This document shows, in pieces, positions 11,951-26,641 of a DNA stretch of 64,000 nucleotides. The stretch is from Saccostrea echinata (lineage: Eukaryota): assembly GCF_033153115.1 (NCBI RefSeq), contig NW_026889757.1, positions 5,394,001 through 5,458,000 on the forward strand. Direction: 5' to 3'. The notes under the pieces were generated by a model. The model had not been told where the DNA came from and did not search any database. It worked only from the letters and a program-made list of their open reading frames with translations. The translations under genes were made by a program, and so were the position numbers. Position 1 is the first letter of the stretch; each line of letters begins with the position of its first letter.

Positions 11951-12685
11951 GTCAGTTAATGATATTGCAAACCCAAGTCCTATATATAGAAGACAATGTA
12001 GAGATAAAGTTTGCTAAAGCTTAACAAATTACATTCTGATCATGCGCTTCATTGACCTCCTCATTTTTTAAAAGGAAGATGATTAACCTAGAAGAAAACA
12101 GAAAAAGGTAAATTTGTGCCTTAGAGACACAAATCACTCATTAGTAAATGTTAATAAGACTAATTCCTAAACAAATTTCCAATGAGTTGATCTTCTTAAT
12201 AACTCCTTACTATGTAATACTCTGACATTTACTTTTTATGCATATAGAAATCACGATTTTCACGTCCGGAAAAGACCAACTCTTATCTTAATTAATATTA
12301 TAAAAGTTGTAGATTTCTGGGTAATTACTATAATTAACTATGTCTGGTAAACGTCTACAGGAACTTACCTTCAGGTCCACGTATCATATTGACACAGATG
12401 CAGAAGTTAATATGAACGATGTCCAGGCAATTTAATTAAATAAATTCCTGGAAAAAAGAAGTGAAATACTGTACTTGTACATAAATTAACGTATTTAAAA
12501 TGTAGCGCAATGACTTGGTACAGAGTGGTTGGCGCAACAATGAATAAGCTCTATGTACAGATATTCGCGCCATGCATTTTATTCATTACGATTCATTAAC
12601 AGTATTCTTGAATTAGCACATCGTTGTCTGCATCAATTTAAGCCACTAAAATTAATTAATTAATTGTTGGGAAAAAATATGAATT

Positions 12686-12900
12686 TACACACTGAATTAT
12701 CGACGGGTTTTTCCGTTATCCCCCGATCATGACAAGGAGCACACGGCGGGTGTGACCGGTCGGCAGGGGATGCTCACTCGTCCATGGCACCTGATCCCAC
12801 CTCTGACGTTTTAGAGGTCTGTGTTTGCTCTGCTCCAAAATTTGTATTGTTTAATGGACCTTTGAGCTTGAATACTGTTCGTTATCTCCATACATTTCAT
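12686..12900 (+). mobile_element. 3' end of a Penelope-like element (same family as 22165-22753)
   Basis: Near-identical to 22552-22753 (GATCATGACAAGGAGCACACGG..GGCACCTGATCCCACCTCTGA). Confidence 0.75.
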
Positions 12901-13604
12901 AGTAGTACCTCCTTTGAAAAGCAATACATTAAGATTTCCTTTCGAACCTTGTTTAATTGAAATATCATTGTCAAATAAGGAAGAATGGACAAGGAAATAA
13001 GTTAAAACACAGGAAATATGTATATATTATTCGATTCAAATAAACACACACGCAGAAAGCTTCTGGAGATAGGAAAAGAAAGCTAGTCAAAATAAATTCA
13101 AAACAACGGCGAAACAATTGGTATGAAACATGTCAGTAAAATATGTAACCCAAAGATACATGTAGGTTGTATTTACAATCAAATTAAGCCATAAAGTCGA
13201 CCATAGACTTTTCGATATGCTGACTTTCAATGACTTTGTAAAAAGTTCTGTAACATCAGCTTATTTGTCATAAGTCTGCTTCGGTTAAAAATTTATCATA
13301 CTTGAAACATGCTCTTGCGTACCGAATCAGTTGGGCGACATAAACACCAGAAACAGGTATTACTGGAATATTACAGTAAAAATATAAATTGTCAAAGAAA
13401 AGTTGAAGTCAATGAAGTCATCCCGTCTGTCATTATAGTTTAGTTATCTGGATGCCATCAAAGTCTTTAGCCAGTAAAACATTCAGATATGAAACAGATG
13501 TGACAGACTCTGTAGTGTCTATTATTTTGAGTTCACTTGGATATGTCAAGTCGAAATATAAGTGAAAATAACCATTGTTAATTGATAAAACATAGTTGAT
13601 ATAG

Positions 13605-14100
13605 ATAAAAATTCTGCTTAGAATTTTAAATTAGGTCGGCTTATAAAGGAGCACAATAACTGCTCATCGGTTTGTTGAAAGACCTGATCTCCAAAGACAT
13701 CACAGATATTGCCAATGAGGAGCTCTAGCGTCTTTTAATTTGACTGATCATAAGCGTCTTTTAATTTGACTAATCATAAAATATATAAATTTCTGAGTTC
13801 CATTTTTATTGAAAAAGCAATTGTCTATGTTGACGAAAAGCCTGACCCGGGATCATGGATCAAACTTAGACTTAAGTCCAAATTTCAAACATCTGTATAA
13901 TGTTTATTGTTTGTGAACTGGAACTCACAAACAAACAAACAACAACAGTTTGATGATGCAATTTTAAATAACACATTTATCTTAGACTGTTTGACTTCTA
14001 AAACATTTAAGTGCAATAAACCGATTTTAACCTAAGCTTAAGATGCTTTATGATCCCGGGGTCGGGTCTTTGAATTTAACGTTAGGAATGATTGTAAAAT
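13605..14100 (-). pseudogene. Decayed Penelope-like RT fragment interrupted by a MITE
   Basis: Homologous to 9610-9930 (AGGTCGGCT..ATAAAGGGAGCACAAT..GCAATTGTCTATG); resumes after the 13844-14063 insert. Confidence 0.55.
13844..14063. mobile_element. MITE (Harbinger-like)
   Basis: TIRs GACCCGGGATCAT / ATGATCCCGGGGTC, with further CTTAAG-containing inner IRs. Confidence 0.55.
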
Positions 14101-14871
14101 GTGTTTACTCGGTCTTTGCCAGTATTGTCAAAATGTTAGTATAATAGGCATTTGAGATGAGCTTTGGAAACAACGAAATTTACCATATCTGGAACAATGA
14201 AATTTACCATAGCTGAAGTGTCATTTTTTATGTTACATCATCTTTGCATTCACATTGTTTGCATAATTCCTTAATTAACAGCAGAGAGTTCTAAAATTGT
14301 GTGTTTCGTTATGATATGATATGATTAATAATAGTTTTAGACTTCCTGTTAATGACTGGGATTGATGTGAAATGTCCACATATATATAACATCTGACAAG
14401 GAATGTGAACTTGAAGATTTAATTCAATTTTTTAAAGTTTTAAGATACGCTTCCGTATATTCTTCGGTGGAAAAAATGAACATTAACTTAGAGGCTCTTG
14501 AGAAATTTATATTGTTAATGACATTCATAAGTTTTACCCCCGTTCTAATTTAAATAACTTTATAGAGAGAGAGAGAGAGAGAGAGAGAGGGGATATGTAT
14601 AGGGTAACAGCACATGGTTCTAAGTAAATGCACAATATTATAGTTTAACAGATAGCAAAAACATCAAGCATAAGAAAAAAACCAAATACATTATTATTTC
14701 AACAATGACTAGGACAGATTCGTGTTTTGTTGAAGATTAAATTAGATTATTGAAAAAAAAATGTGTTTGGACATTTAATTTTACCCATGTTCATCATTGT
14801 CTTGTTCTGAGATTGAGATAATATTCAGTCTGACCGAAGGAACTGGTTACCACTATACAGAGGATATTCAG

Positions 14872-15399
14872 TGTAATAAACAGAAAATTCAATGATTTGT
14901 AGTTGATATGGGATTTATTTCACGAGTGGGACAAGATTTTTTTGATATTTTCACGAGTGCTTCGCACTTGTGAAAATATTTTTTTTAAAAAACCCTGTCT
15001 CACGAGTGAAATAAAATCCATATCAAACTACAAAACATTGAATTTTCTGTTTATTACATTTTCTTTCATTTTCCCTCTGCCTCTTTCATTTCTTAACACA
15101 GACTGTGACGTCATATAGTTGAGCAGTTGAGACACCATAGCTTAGCAATTGTGAGATTTAAAACTTTGTAACATGGATTTTAGCAACATATTTGGGAAGA
15201 AATTATCAGTTTTAGTCTCTATCAAGATGCTTTAGTTACTATATCTATCTTATGATAGGCCAGAAATTATTTTTCTCTTACTTTGATTTCCTTTCACACT
15301 GTGAGAGAATATCACATTGGTATACTTTCACACTGTGAGAGAATATCACCTATATTTAATAAATAAATCACAGTATTTCACTGTTGAAAATGTAATAAA
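14872..15399. mobile_element. Non-autonomous hairpin element with internal circle-junction complement (Crypton/YR-like)
   Basis: ~190-bp hairpin (TGTAATAAACAGAAAATTCAATG / 15036-15058); GCTTCGC apex at 14959-14965; right end GAAAATGTAATAAA is complementary to 15050-15063; terminal direct repeat TGTAATAAA. Confidence 0.65.
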
Positions 15400-18300
15400 T
15401 CAGCATAATTATTTATATTCATCTTGCAATGTGACATTAAAGCGTACAGTTGACAAAATTGTTCTTGTGAAATATGAGATTTCAATCAATAATTAATTGT
15501 TGTTTTAATTTAACTATACCGAGCGTACAATAATAAAATTGGAACCGTTTTCTTCCTGCTACGCCTTACATAATTAATAAAATGATAAAATGATGATTGT
15601 TAGCCAATAAAAATGTCGATTGATGACATAATTTAGAGAAAAGAGTAATTAAATGGAGTATAGAATGGTAGTCGGAACTCTCCAGTTCTTGTTGCTATCA
15701 ACAGACGAACAGTTCTAAGTCATACAAAACCCTGAGTAAAAGTGAAACTGTTTATAATGTGACCTGTCCTCTGTATTTTATAATATCCCAGAAACCCTTC
15801 CTATAAGCTATTCCAGAGTATTGACAATGATACTAAAATTTTGATCGATCTCGTTTGTCAGGATCCGTACTCATGAACTGGGATTATTTCATTCATTTGT
15901 TTAAGGTAGGCCGGTGACTGTTGGTAAGGAAACCAGGGGTCAACTATTTCCTATATTTAGAATTAAATATGTTAAACATAATTACATTTATTTATATCTT
16001 TTAGAATATTCACTAGTTTTCCCTTCCAATCATATCCTTGATAAATATATATACTTCCCTTTTTTACTAGAAATCAAGACAACATCCCTGATAACATACA
16101 ATGTATTTCTACTAAGTCTTAATTGAGGAAGTTTCTCTCGTAAAGTAGAAAAACCAAAAGAATCAACTCATGATCTTGTATGTAACTGCGACTACTCGAA
16201 TATTTCAGTTTCAGTTGTCACTGTACTGTAGTGTAGTATTGTACTGGTAGCATTTAGTGATGAAACCCTCTAAAACCATTAAACATTTCATTCATCGGGT
16301 ATAGTATCACACACACACACACACACATACACACAATATTAGCTCATAAATCTTTCTTTTATTTTATTCTCAGTTGATCTTCAAATGAGACTTTTGGTCA
16401 ATCAAAATCACATCCAAATAAAACAAAGAAACATATTGAATAACAATTCCTTGCCAACTGAATATTGTAATTACAAAAGGAATCCCAATTTTTTTTACAT
16501 TTCTATAAAGTTATTCAAAAGCTTGGTGATTTTAAACATATAATGTTGCACAGTGTGTACGATAAAAAGCTTACAGATTTTGAACTTATAATGTTGCAAA
16601 GGGTGTACGAAGACTTGCTTGTAGAGTTGTCTGTGGGAGTTCTTGTCTAACCACGAATAACGCTTGTATTAATGACGATCATTTACTTAATTAAATTTAT
16701 CATTTCTGTTGGAGAGTTACTCACGCCTATAATGTGATCAATTTTTGACTCCCTAGTGAAACCATCCTGATACACTTAATATATTGATTTTGATATTGAC
16801 TAACAATTATACAGTACGCATCATTCAAAGATGACTGTAATGAAAAAGACCTATAATTTAGCCTTTCTAAAGCTCGGTTTATAAATAAAGAATTTCAATG
16901 AATATACATATATAACGTACATTTTTTTTTTTTTTTTTTTTTTTTTTTGATAAATGAGATGTTTGATAACCCAATGTATTATTGAATTTTTCCTTTATCA
17001 AAAAAGAATGAAATACAAAGAAATAAAACTTATCAAGCTTATAATCTTAAAGTTTGATGTAGCATATGTATTTTTCTTTCAATTATCGATTTAAAAAAAA
17101 GTCATAGAATGGGTAGCATAATGTAAATTGAAACACTTTTCCTGCGCTGAGGTGTTTCACACTTTTCCTGCGCTGAGGTGTTTCAAGAAACTTGAGAAAA
17201 AAAAATGAAACTAGAATAATTTATCATGCAAGCTCCAATCGATGAAAATGACCTTGCTTTCCCTGATGTTGTGGCAGCTTGGTGCATTCCAGTCTCAAGA
17301 GTTCACCAAAAATAGCTAACTAGTTAGGCACTAGCTAGGGTGAAGAGAACTGTTATGTAGAATTTAATTTAAAAAGTGTATACTAATGCATTCACTATGT
17401 AGATATGACACTGTCCCGACCATCTTGTACACTTCATGGTAATCCAGCGTCATTTCCAGACGGAATAAAAATGACAAGCACAAGATTAAGGGGTTACATT
17501 ACAATTGTTTCATTTTTCTCTAATGGAAGATTCCTTAAATCTTTTTTGTCATTCGGGTTGACCATATCAATATGATTTATCCTTTTCAATGCGACATAAA
17601 TAAAAGCAATAAAATATTTTAACTAGAACATTAAATCAAAGAAATGGGAATGTGAAGAGTTAATTGTTAGTTTTAAAGTTTTAAATTTTGAATAAAAAAT
17701 ATTTGATGTCTCTATGTCAGATCTTAAACTACATGTAAATACTAATAGAAATCTTCTATTATGTACTAAGCACACCAGCTGGCTATTAAGTCAACCAAAT
17801 ATTCCCTTATTAGACAAATTGTATGCATATTTTTATACTGAATTACAACATTTTTAAACTGTATATCATTATAAGCTGTGAAAAACTTGCAACCCTAAAG
17901 GGTTTATTCACAGCGCGCATGAAGCATGATAAACACATCCGACCACCATTACATAATACAGGCAGGTCGACTTGTTGTGTGTAATGAATTGTTTGGGCTT
18001 GGTCTAGTCAATGTTCATGAATTCTTTATTTTGTATGGATTCCAATTAAGACAGGCTTAGTAAAAGTACATGGCATAGATAGATATATCTCCCTGTGTGG
18101 AATCTTTTGTTGAGGTTGTTTTTTAAACAGAAAAAGCTAATTTCTTCTTCGTTTAAACCATATTTTATCGAAAATTAATAGTAATGATTACAGACATTAA
18201 AGTGCATGTAGGAAGACATCTAAAATGAATCGGAACTTATATGAACTTATATTACTTGACAATGATATAAATTAGGTAATACAAAAAAAATCAGTTTTTA

Positions 18301-19209
18301 ATATTAATTCAGTTTTTAATATTACAGGAAAGTAAAGTATGAGGTTTTATATTCATATACAATCTGAAATTTGATAACAACATGTCAATTGACAGAACTT
18401 AAAGGTTCCAAATTCCTAAATGAAATACGATTAATAAGATAGTGATAATTGAATGTCAGCAAAAACAAAAACAAAAACAAAACAAAAAACGGAATATGGT
18501 TGAATTAATAGATAGTAATTATAAAAATACAAAAAGTCATGCCAAAGCAAATTAATACAAGGAAAACAAGACACTTCCTAAATATACATGTGCGTAATAG
18601 AATACGTACATACCTATAAGGGGGTGGGTGGGTTATAAACTGGTTATGTAAACCTCTTAGTATATACTATATAATTCTGAACAGTTTAAAAAATTGCAAT
18701 ATTTTCTACTAATGGAAGATTTTGATCACCAAATAATAATATTTTGGTGTTCATGTTATATGCAAGAGAATAAATAAAATCTATTTCTGGGGATATCATT
18801 GTAGAAAATGTTCAACTTTTTCATCTTGCCCTATACGAGTATAAAATGAATCTTTCATTTTAAAAATTGTGTGACTATCAATAAATTCCCGTTTACAATG
18901 ATCTTAAGTATTCAGTGAACAGACAACAGTGTATACATGTACTACTTATCCTGTTTACAAGAAAAGCAGTTATTTTTTTCTCTCTCTTCCTAACAGGAAA
19001 CAACACTGAACACATCCATTCATACTAAGGGATGTATCATATATCTACGGGTTTTTGTTTGTACAACTCAGAGTCAGTATACGATATACTTCATTACTAT
19101 GGAAATAACGATGATAAATGCTCTGTAGGCTTTTGTTAAAGACAATTTAAAACCTAGGCAATCAAATATTACAGAGCTTACTCAAAGACAGTTATCTTTG
19201 AGTAAGACA

Positions 19210-20188
19210 AGTCCCACACTTAACTAAACACCTAGTAGTGTGCATTCCTAGATGCAACATTTATGTAGTTTTGTTCCAATTAGGGCTTGCAGTTATCTGG
19301 GTATTGACTTGTGCTTTGTCACCCATCTAGGTCAGATCTAGCAGACAAAGCAAGACTGTTTCTGTGCATCCCATCAAGCATTATCCATACATGTTTGGTC
19401 CAGTTAGGCTTTATAGTCACTTGGGAATGGACCTGCTCAAAAAGTTTTAACCAGGTCATTTATCCGGAAAGCTTTACTTCACATTCAGCATGCAAGGAAA
19501 GTCTGGTAGTGTGCATCCCTAGATGCATCATCAATGCAAGTTTGCTCTTTGAAGGGCTTTAAAGTAAACTGGAATGAACCTACTCCAAAACTTGGTCACT
19601 TTCAGAAATATAGGTCAAATCCAGCATCTTAAACAAGTCTTGTAGTGTTTATCCCTAGATGCAAACTCCATGTCAACTTGGTACAGATAGGGCTTGAAGT
19701 TACACGGGAATGAGCTTGCTCCAAAATTTTAACATTGTCATTCATCCAGGTAATGTAGATCAAATCCGACATCTGAAGCAAGTCTGAGAGTGTTCATCCC
19801 TTGACGCATCATCCATGCAAGTTTGGTCAAGAAAGAATTTGAAGATACACTGGAAGAGCCTGCTCCAAAAAATTAAACCTGGTCACTCATCCGGAAAATG
19901 TAGGTCGAATCCAACACCCAAAGCAAGTTTTGTGGTGCGCATCCTTAGATGTATCATCCCTGCAAGTTTAGTCACATATAGTTACATGTACTTGGAAATG
20001 ATACCTGCTCCAAAACTTTTAACCTTCTGGTTGAAAATGCAGCATCTGAAATCTGGACTGATAAAATGAAGGAAACATGCTAAAAACATCATCTTAGCAT
20101 CTCTGACCAAATTGGCAAAGAAATCTTTAACCTTGGACGCCGATGGTATTACATAAGCTCGCCCAACTTCGTTGAGGTGAGCCTAAAA
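19210..20188 (-). mobile_element. Decayed Helentron-type (HINE) element with internal tandem repeats
   Basis: Repeated units GTGTGCATCCCTAGATGCATC..CAAGTTTGGTC..CTGCTCCAAAA; terminal box similar to TTAGCTCACC..GTGAGCT on the minus strand at 20140-20188. Confidence 0.55.
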
Positions 20189-20431
20189 GTAAATCTTTCT
20201 TTCTGGCGGAGATTTAATTTTGGTCCTTAATTTTGGCGATTTATAAATATTCGCCAAAATTAAAATTGTTTATTTTAATTACATTTGTATATATATTGTC
20301 AAGAAAATAACTTACCAGAGATGTGCAAATCTGAGAGCAAATAAACATGACACATTTATAAACCTTATTAATTTCATTTAGCACTAATGCTGATCGAACA
20401 AATATAAAAATTTCCTCTACCAAAGTTAGAA

Positions 20432-20770
20432 TTTTTATGCCCCCTGATCGAAAGATCCAGAGGGTATATTGTTTTTGTCCTGTCTGTCTGTTTATCTGTT
20501 GTCAACTTTAACCTTGCCCATAACTTTTGATTGGTTGGAGCTATGACTTTCATATTTCACACGTGTATTCCTTGTGACAAGACCTTTCTTTGGGTACCAT
20601 CATATTTGACCTTTTGACCTTGACCTTGGAGTTTGACCCACTTATGCAAAATTTTATGAGACTTTAACCTTGGCCATAACTGCTGAACAGTTGGTGCTTG
20701 GGGTTTCAAACTTCACATGTGTATTCTTTGTGACAAGGCCTTCCTTTGGATACCAACAACTCTGACCTTT

Positions 20771-20801
<31 letters not shown>

Positions 20802-21686
20802 GAAAAACTTTAACCTTGGCCATACCTTTTGAACAGTTGGTGTTTGGGGTTTCAAACTTCACATGTGTATTCCTTGTGACAAGACCTTCCTCTGGATATC
20901 AACCTCTTTGACCCTTTGACCTTGACCTAGGAGTTTGACCTACTTTTGAAAAAATTAACCTTGGCCATAACTTTTGAACGGTTAGAGCTAGGGCTTTCAT
21001 ACTTCACATATGTAATCCTTTTGACAAGACCTTCCTTTGGATACCAACAACTTTGACCTTTTAACCTTGACCTAGGAGTTTGACCTACTTTTGAAAACTT
21101 TAACCTTGGCCATAACTTTTGAATGGTTGATGCTAGGGCTTTCATACTTCACATATGTAATCCTTGTGACATCACCTTTCTTTGAATACCAACCACTTTG
21201 ACCCTTTCACCTTGGCATAGGAGTTTGACCGACTTATGAAAAACTTTACCCTTGGCCATAATTTTTGAATGGTTGGTGCTAGGGCTTTCATATTTCACAT
21301 ATGTAATCCTTGTGACAAGACCTTCCTTTGGATACCAACCACTTTGACCCTTTGACCTTGACATAGGAGTTTGACCTACTTTCGAAAAACTTTAACCTTG
21401 GCCATAACTTTTGAATGGTTGGTGCTAGGACTTTCATACTTTACATATGTTATCCTTGTGACAAGACCTTCCTTTGGATACCAACAACTTTGACCTTGAC
21501 CTTGATGTTTTACTTACTTTTAAAAAACTTTAACCTTCGCCATAACTTTTGAACAGTTGCAGCTAGGGCTTTCAAATTTAACATTTTTTATCTTTTGGCC
21601 TGGATTTTGACTTGCATTTGAGAAACTTTAACCTTCGCCATAAGCTGCCATACGGGGGCATCAGTGTTTCACAAACACATCTTGTT
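20432..21686 (+). mobile_element. Helentron-associated interspersed element (HINE) carrying a ~121-bp satellite array
   Basis: 5' TTTTTATGCCCC + hairpin GATCGAAAGATC; (TCTG)n microsatellite; ~9 units of TTTGACCTTGACCTTGGAGTTTGACC..; 3' GGGGCA + GTGTTTCACAAACAC hairpin + TCTTGTT. A sister copy lies at 59315-60203. Confidence 0.85.
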
Positions 21687-22089
21687 CAATTCAAATTTGT
21701 ATATGACACTAAAGTCGTATACTTATTTTTTTAATTTTCAAATAAAAAATCGGGAAACGACACATACAATAACAAATCATTCCAACTTTTTTTTGCTATA
21801 TACAGTTTTGTAAGTTACCTGTTTTGAGGTAGGATTCTGTTTGTTGCAGTGTTAAGGCGGGGTCAATCGCACCCTTGCCTTTAAGGCGAATATGCAAAAG
21901 TACGAAGTATCGAAGTCGAAGGTGCAGAAGAGCGATATTGGTATTATTTGGACTTTCGCCTTCGCATCTCTGCCCTCGAATTTTAGCACTTTCGGAGCGT
22001 TGCTCTAAAGGTGCTAGAGAGAAGAAGATGCGAATGGCCCATCGGAACACTATATTTAGTCGGTGTGTAGTAGAATATGGATTGCACTT

Positions 22090-22820
22090 GTATGTTTGCT
22101 TGCTTTACGTTACCTTTGAGAATTATTTTTCACCATTGGGACGCCACCATTTGCTGGTAGAATGCTACAGAGTCTGACACGTCTGTTTCATATTTGGATA
22201 TTTTACTTGAAAAAAAACGTTAATGGTAATCTAACAACCAAGCTTTATGATAAACGTGATGACTTTAACTTTTAAATCGTCAACTTCCCTTACTTAAGCA
22301 GCAGTATTTCTTCATCACCTGCATACGGGGTTTATATCTCTCAGTTGATCCGACACGCAAGAGCATGCTCTACGTATGTACAATTTTTAAAACGAGGTAA
22401 ATTACTGACAAACAAGTTGATGAAACAAGAATATCAGCAGTCATCATTTCGTAAGTTCTATGGTCGATACAATGACCTTGTCAGCAAATACAATTTATCA
22501 TTGAGTCAAATGCTGACTGACGTTTTTCTTACTAATTGTTAGGCCATTATTTACACACTGATTTTTCCGTTATTTCTCGATCATGACAAGGAGCACACGG
22601 CAGGTGTGACCAGTCGGCAGGGGATGCTCACTCCTCCATGGCACCTGATCCCACCTCTGATGTTTTGGTGGTCCGTGTTTGCTCTGCTCCTATTTTGTAT
22701 TGTTTAATGGACTTTTGAACTTGAATATTGTTCGTTATCTCCATATATTTCATTTAAAGTTTAACTAGGTACTTTCGTGCCTGCACCTACTGCATGTACG
22801 ATTACGGGACCTCGCTTTAT
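22090..22820 (-). mobile_element. SINE copy split by a Penelope-like insertion
   Basis: 22090-22170 and 22760-22820 resemble consecutive parts of the 8032-8290 SINE. Confidence 0.5.
22165..22753 (+). pseudogene. 5'-truncated Penelope-like element: RT thumb/C-terminus + 3'UTR
   Basis: SYLDILLEKNVNGNLTTKLYDKRDDFNF*IVNFPY..PAYGVYISQLIRHARACS..FRKFYGRYNDL; contains an internal stop. Confidence 0.8.
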
Positions 22821-23559
22821 ACGGTTTCATCCAAAGGACTTGGTAGGGACGGTCCAATCAAGTTTGAAGCCTATAATTGAGTTTATTTTCATAAAACAAA
22901 AGCTTTATTGCCAAAACATCATTTTTTTTTCTAGCAAAATAGATGTGCTTGCACTGAAATAAAAAGATTCAAATTATGTATCCTGTTTTGAAAATATTGA
23001 AACACTTTTAAAAGTTAACATATCTATAAAGTATAGGAAGAAAGTGGTGTAATTGTAGATATTCGCGTGCTTTTGATATGATCTATAAAAAATATCGATG
23101 AATATCAATATTTCCTTTTATGTGCGGGAAAGTCCACATCCTGTTTATTTCTAGAATATCGATCAATCGGTTGCTCTGATGAATATCACATTTTTACGAT
23201 TTAAATGTCATTCACTTCGAGAACAAACCCTTTACTTGAGGAATCCGTTAACAAAAATGTGTTTCGCAAAGTAAACCAAGGTCTCATAACTTGTTCAAGA
23301 AAGAGAAGAGGAGAATATACATTTTTGACTGTGTAGATGCTGTAGGAACCGAGTGGGGGGGGGGGGCAGTCCAGTAGATTTGCAGCTATATAGTATACTA
23401 TAGAAACGAAAGCTACTTTATGGATGCGCACAGTCAATAATAACGTCTGATGACTTTTTGGTTTGGTATTACCACCACCCCTCCTCCCCAAATGAAAATG
23501 TTTGGTCGTGCCCCCCCCCCCAAAAAAAATCAAAAATAAAAAAAAAAAAAAACAAAAAA

Positions 23560-23592
<33 letters not shown>

Positions 23593-26500
23593 AACCTTTA
23601 ATTGCTTCCTACGGGCCTGTGACAGGGTTTGCACCTACAGCACTTACCCACTCTGTGTTGATGGGACATGTATTTTGTAATAATATGAAGGGAGAGATCT
23701 AACATAGGCTGTGTCTTCTGCCCAGTCCCATAAACTTTTGCAAATAAAATGTTTAAATAAGATTGTATATTCATAGTTTTTTTTTTTATCAATCTAAGTT
23801 AATTATTCCGATTTTTTTAAACACCTGGTATTATATTAAAATTAAAATAAATTCTAAGGACATGTATGGTTCACTGTTATATTTTAACTGAAATTCTTAT
23901 TCCTCTGTCAACGATTTTCAGAATATACGAGTATTCCAATGGACAGGCGAAAGTATAAAGTTTTCTGTAATCTCCAGACTTCAATGAGCAAGTGTTTCAA
24001 ATCTTATGTTAAACATCATGCATTCTTTTGACAAGAGGATTATAATTTTGAAAATCTTATGCATGTGTGCTACATATAGACTTAATAAGAACTCATTTAA
24101 ATTTTCAGAATTTACTCACGCGAGAAATTCCATTCTTTGCAGCCAGGGGATAAAAGGAATGCAGAAAAAGTTTTAAGGACCAATCCTCATACTGGTCTCC
24201 TGCAGGATAATTTTCATTCACTATCAAATCGATCTGGGTTTAATTATTACTAGAATTTGATTCCGCGGCGAATAAAAGCTATGAATTATATATCTCAGGG
24301 GCCAAACCTGTTTTTTTTATACATTGTGCCGAGCATTGCTTAATAAACTAAAATTATATTAGAAAGCACTATATATATGCATTCAAAAGAGGTCATAGGT
24401 TTAAGAAATTTCAGAATCTTGTGGTTTTTGAGTGATGTTCGTTCACACCACTAATGTTGTTTATACTTTTAAAGCATATTATTTATCTGAGAAGATCAGT
24501 ATGTGGATTACAGGAACGTCTGCAGGCTACAATACACAAAATATTCCCGGTGTGTCGGCATACAGTGTCATTCTCTACCTGTTAGATATCAGCAGAAGTC
24601 GGTCATCTGAACAATTGTTTCTCGGTGCAAAAACACGCCAAGAATTTGAAATCTGATTAGTAGACTACTATTTCCATTATTTATTGCAAAAATATTACGA
24701 ATTACCATTTATAAAAAATATCTACATTGCTAATGAATACGAAAATTGCCAAGTTATGAAGTTGATCTGTTTCTATTTGAGGTTCCCCGTATTTTTCAGG
24801 TTTGGTGGTATTAATATAAAATATTTATTTATTTGTAAAGGTTCTATATTGTAAAATTTGAGTTTAACGGATGGCAGTAAGTACAAAATTTACAATTTGC
24901 TGGTAAATTCAAAATTTACAATATGACGGTTCATACAATTTGCACATTTTTAGTTTTACCTTGCAAAATATGAACGTAGAAGTACTCAGAAGTACTATTA
25001 AATAGACTGGCGATTGAAAGATGAGACTAGCGATTGTGATAATTAGTTCAAGGTATTTCGATCTCTTTCACCTCCGCAAGTTCAGATTATATTGCAGAGT
25101 CGTGCTTATTTCATCGAATTGGAGGGCACCAATCCCATCCAATGAACATTTAATACTCAGCTGTGTTTTCATTCAGTTTTTACTCGCTTTCATATTCATT
25201 AACAACTTTGAGAGCACATTCAAAGTATCATTTATAGATGATCGTTCATATTTACCCGTTGGCCCTTAACCGAACCCATGAAAAGATTTTCTAGAGTACT
25301 TGTTATTAAAACTTAATCTTCTAAAAAAAAAAATGTCGCCACAGGTTTACTGGTGTATAACAGTATTGCACTTATTAATATTAAATGTTTTAAGAAGATC
25401 ATTTAGGGAAGAGTCCTTGAAATTTAACAGACCATCATTTTATGGGAAAGTATCTTCTTTAATAATTGAAAAAAAAATTAAGGTGTACATATATCAATTT
25501 GACCTATTTATTTCATTTTCTTTCAAAAAGATAAAATTTAAAATTAAGCAAGCTTAAGTGAAAAGCACCTGTAAAACAGTCATTTAACCGAGCCCGGCCT
25601 ACCCTCCTGGTTATAACTTTACAGATAGGAAATTGTGGTGGTTGAAACAGTGAAGGTTCTCACATCAAGTAGTCGGTTTAACATAGATATTTTTTTAAAA
25701 CAACAAATCGATTTTCTTTATAAAAAAAAACTTCGGAATGTCTTGAGGGTATGTCACTCAGGACATCTGTAAGTTATTATTTTATTCATATTTTTATATA
25801 AAATTCATCAAAATAATTTGGTTTCATTTTCTTGTTGTTCTTTATCTTGACATATGCATAAAAATTTAAACACTTTCTTTATGAACGCGTAACTCAGAGA
25901 AATATCGAGATGGGTAGAATTTTTTTAACCTTATATCCAGCATAATTTAGATGGGAATACTTTCTTCTTTGATGATTATCTTGATGCCTAAAGAACTTGT
26001 GGACTTTGTATTTTGCCACCTCAAATATGTCTTTCTTTTCAACATATTATTCCCATTTTCTTCATTTCAATTTAAAACTAAAAATGTTTGATCATTTATA
26101 TTTACCAGACTCATACAAAAATTAATATAAATAATAGTAAAAAAAAATAATTAAAAATATCTTTGACATAAAGAAATTACAGGATAACATGGCACTGAGA
26201 CAACGACCACTAGAGCACAGTTGAAATGTTGTTTATCACATATTGTTAGAGTCAATTAATCCTAAAAGTTCACCTTTTAAGAAGTGTATGTTTTTATTCA
26301 ATGAAAAGTTAAGATAAAAGTCCAGCACGCGGTCACCCTTCAGTTAATCCCTAATCTAACGTCATATTGGTCGTCTTGTTAGACAGTTTCCGCCGATTAA
26401 TTCTTGTAGACACGTTAAATCTTTTAATCGGGACTGATACGTTTAAAAAACCGCATCTTACTACAAATATGCAATGAACGTAACCTCGAGGACACGTGAC

Positions 26501-26641
26501 CCGGTAGTTTCCCATGTATTGACTCCGCTATAACACGATTGGTGGATTATTTTTAGTACGAAGTCATATACTGCAATCGGCGTGGGTTCTTTCATTCAAT
26601 GAAACAGACGAGACCGCACGAGGTCGATATCAGACGACAAG

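Noticed and set aside
17132-17185. Short tandem duplications (also ~13726, ~15292, ~36656, ~58427)
   Set aside because: Isolated two-copy slippage/repair duplications with no shared motif.
20927-21364. ORFs in satellite arrays (also 59227-60178)
   Set aside because: Chance frames in HINE monomers.
22575-22660. Possible SECIS element in the PLE 3'UTR (ATGA...GA)
   Set aside because: No convincing apical AA at the right spacing and no in-frame TGA context visible.
23201-23702. Phe-rich and Lys-rich ORFs
   Set aside because: Produced by poly-A/(CAAAA)n and G/C runs within a MITE-like remnant.
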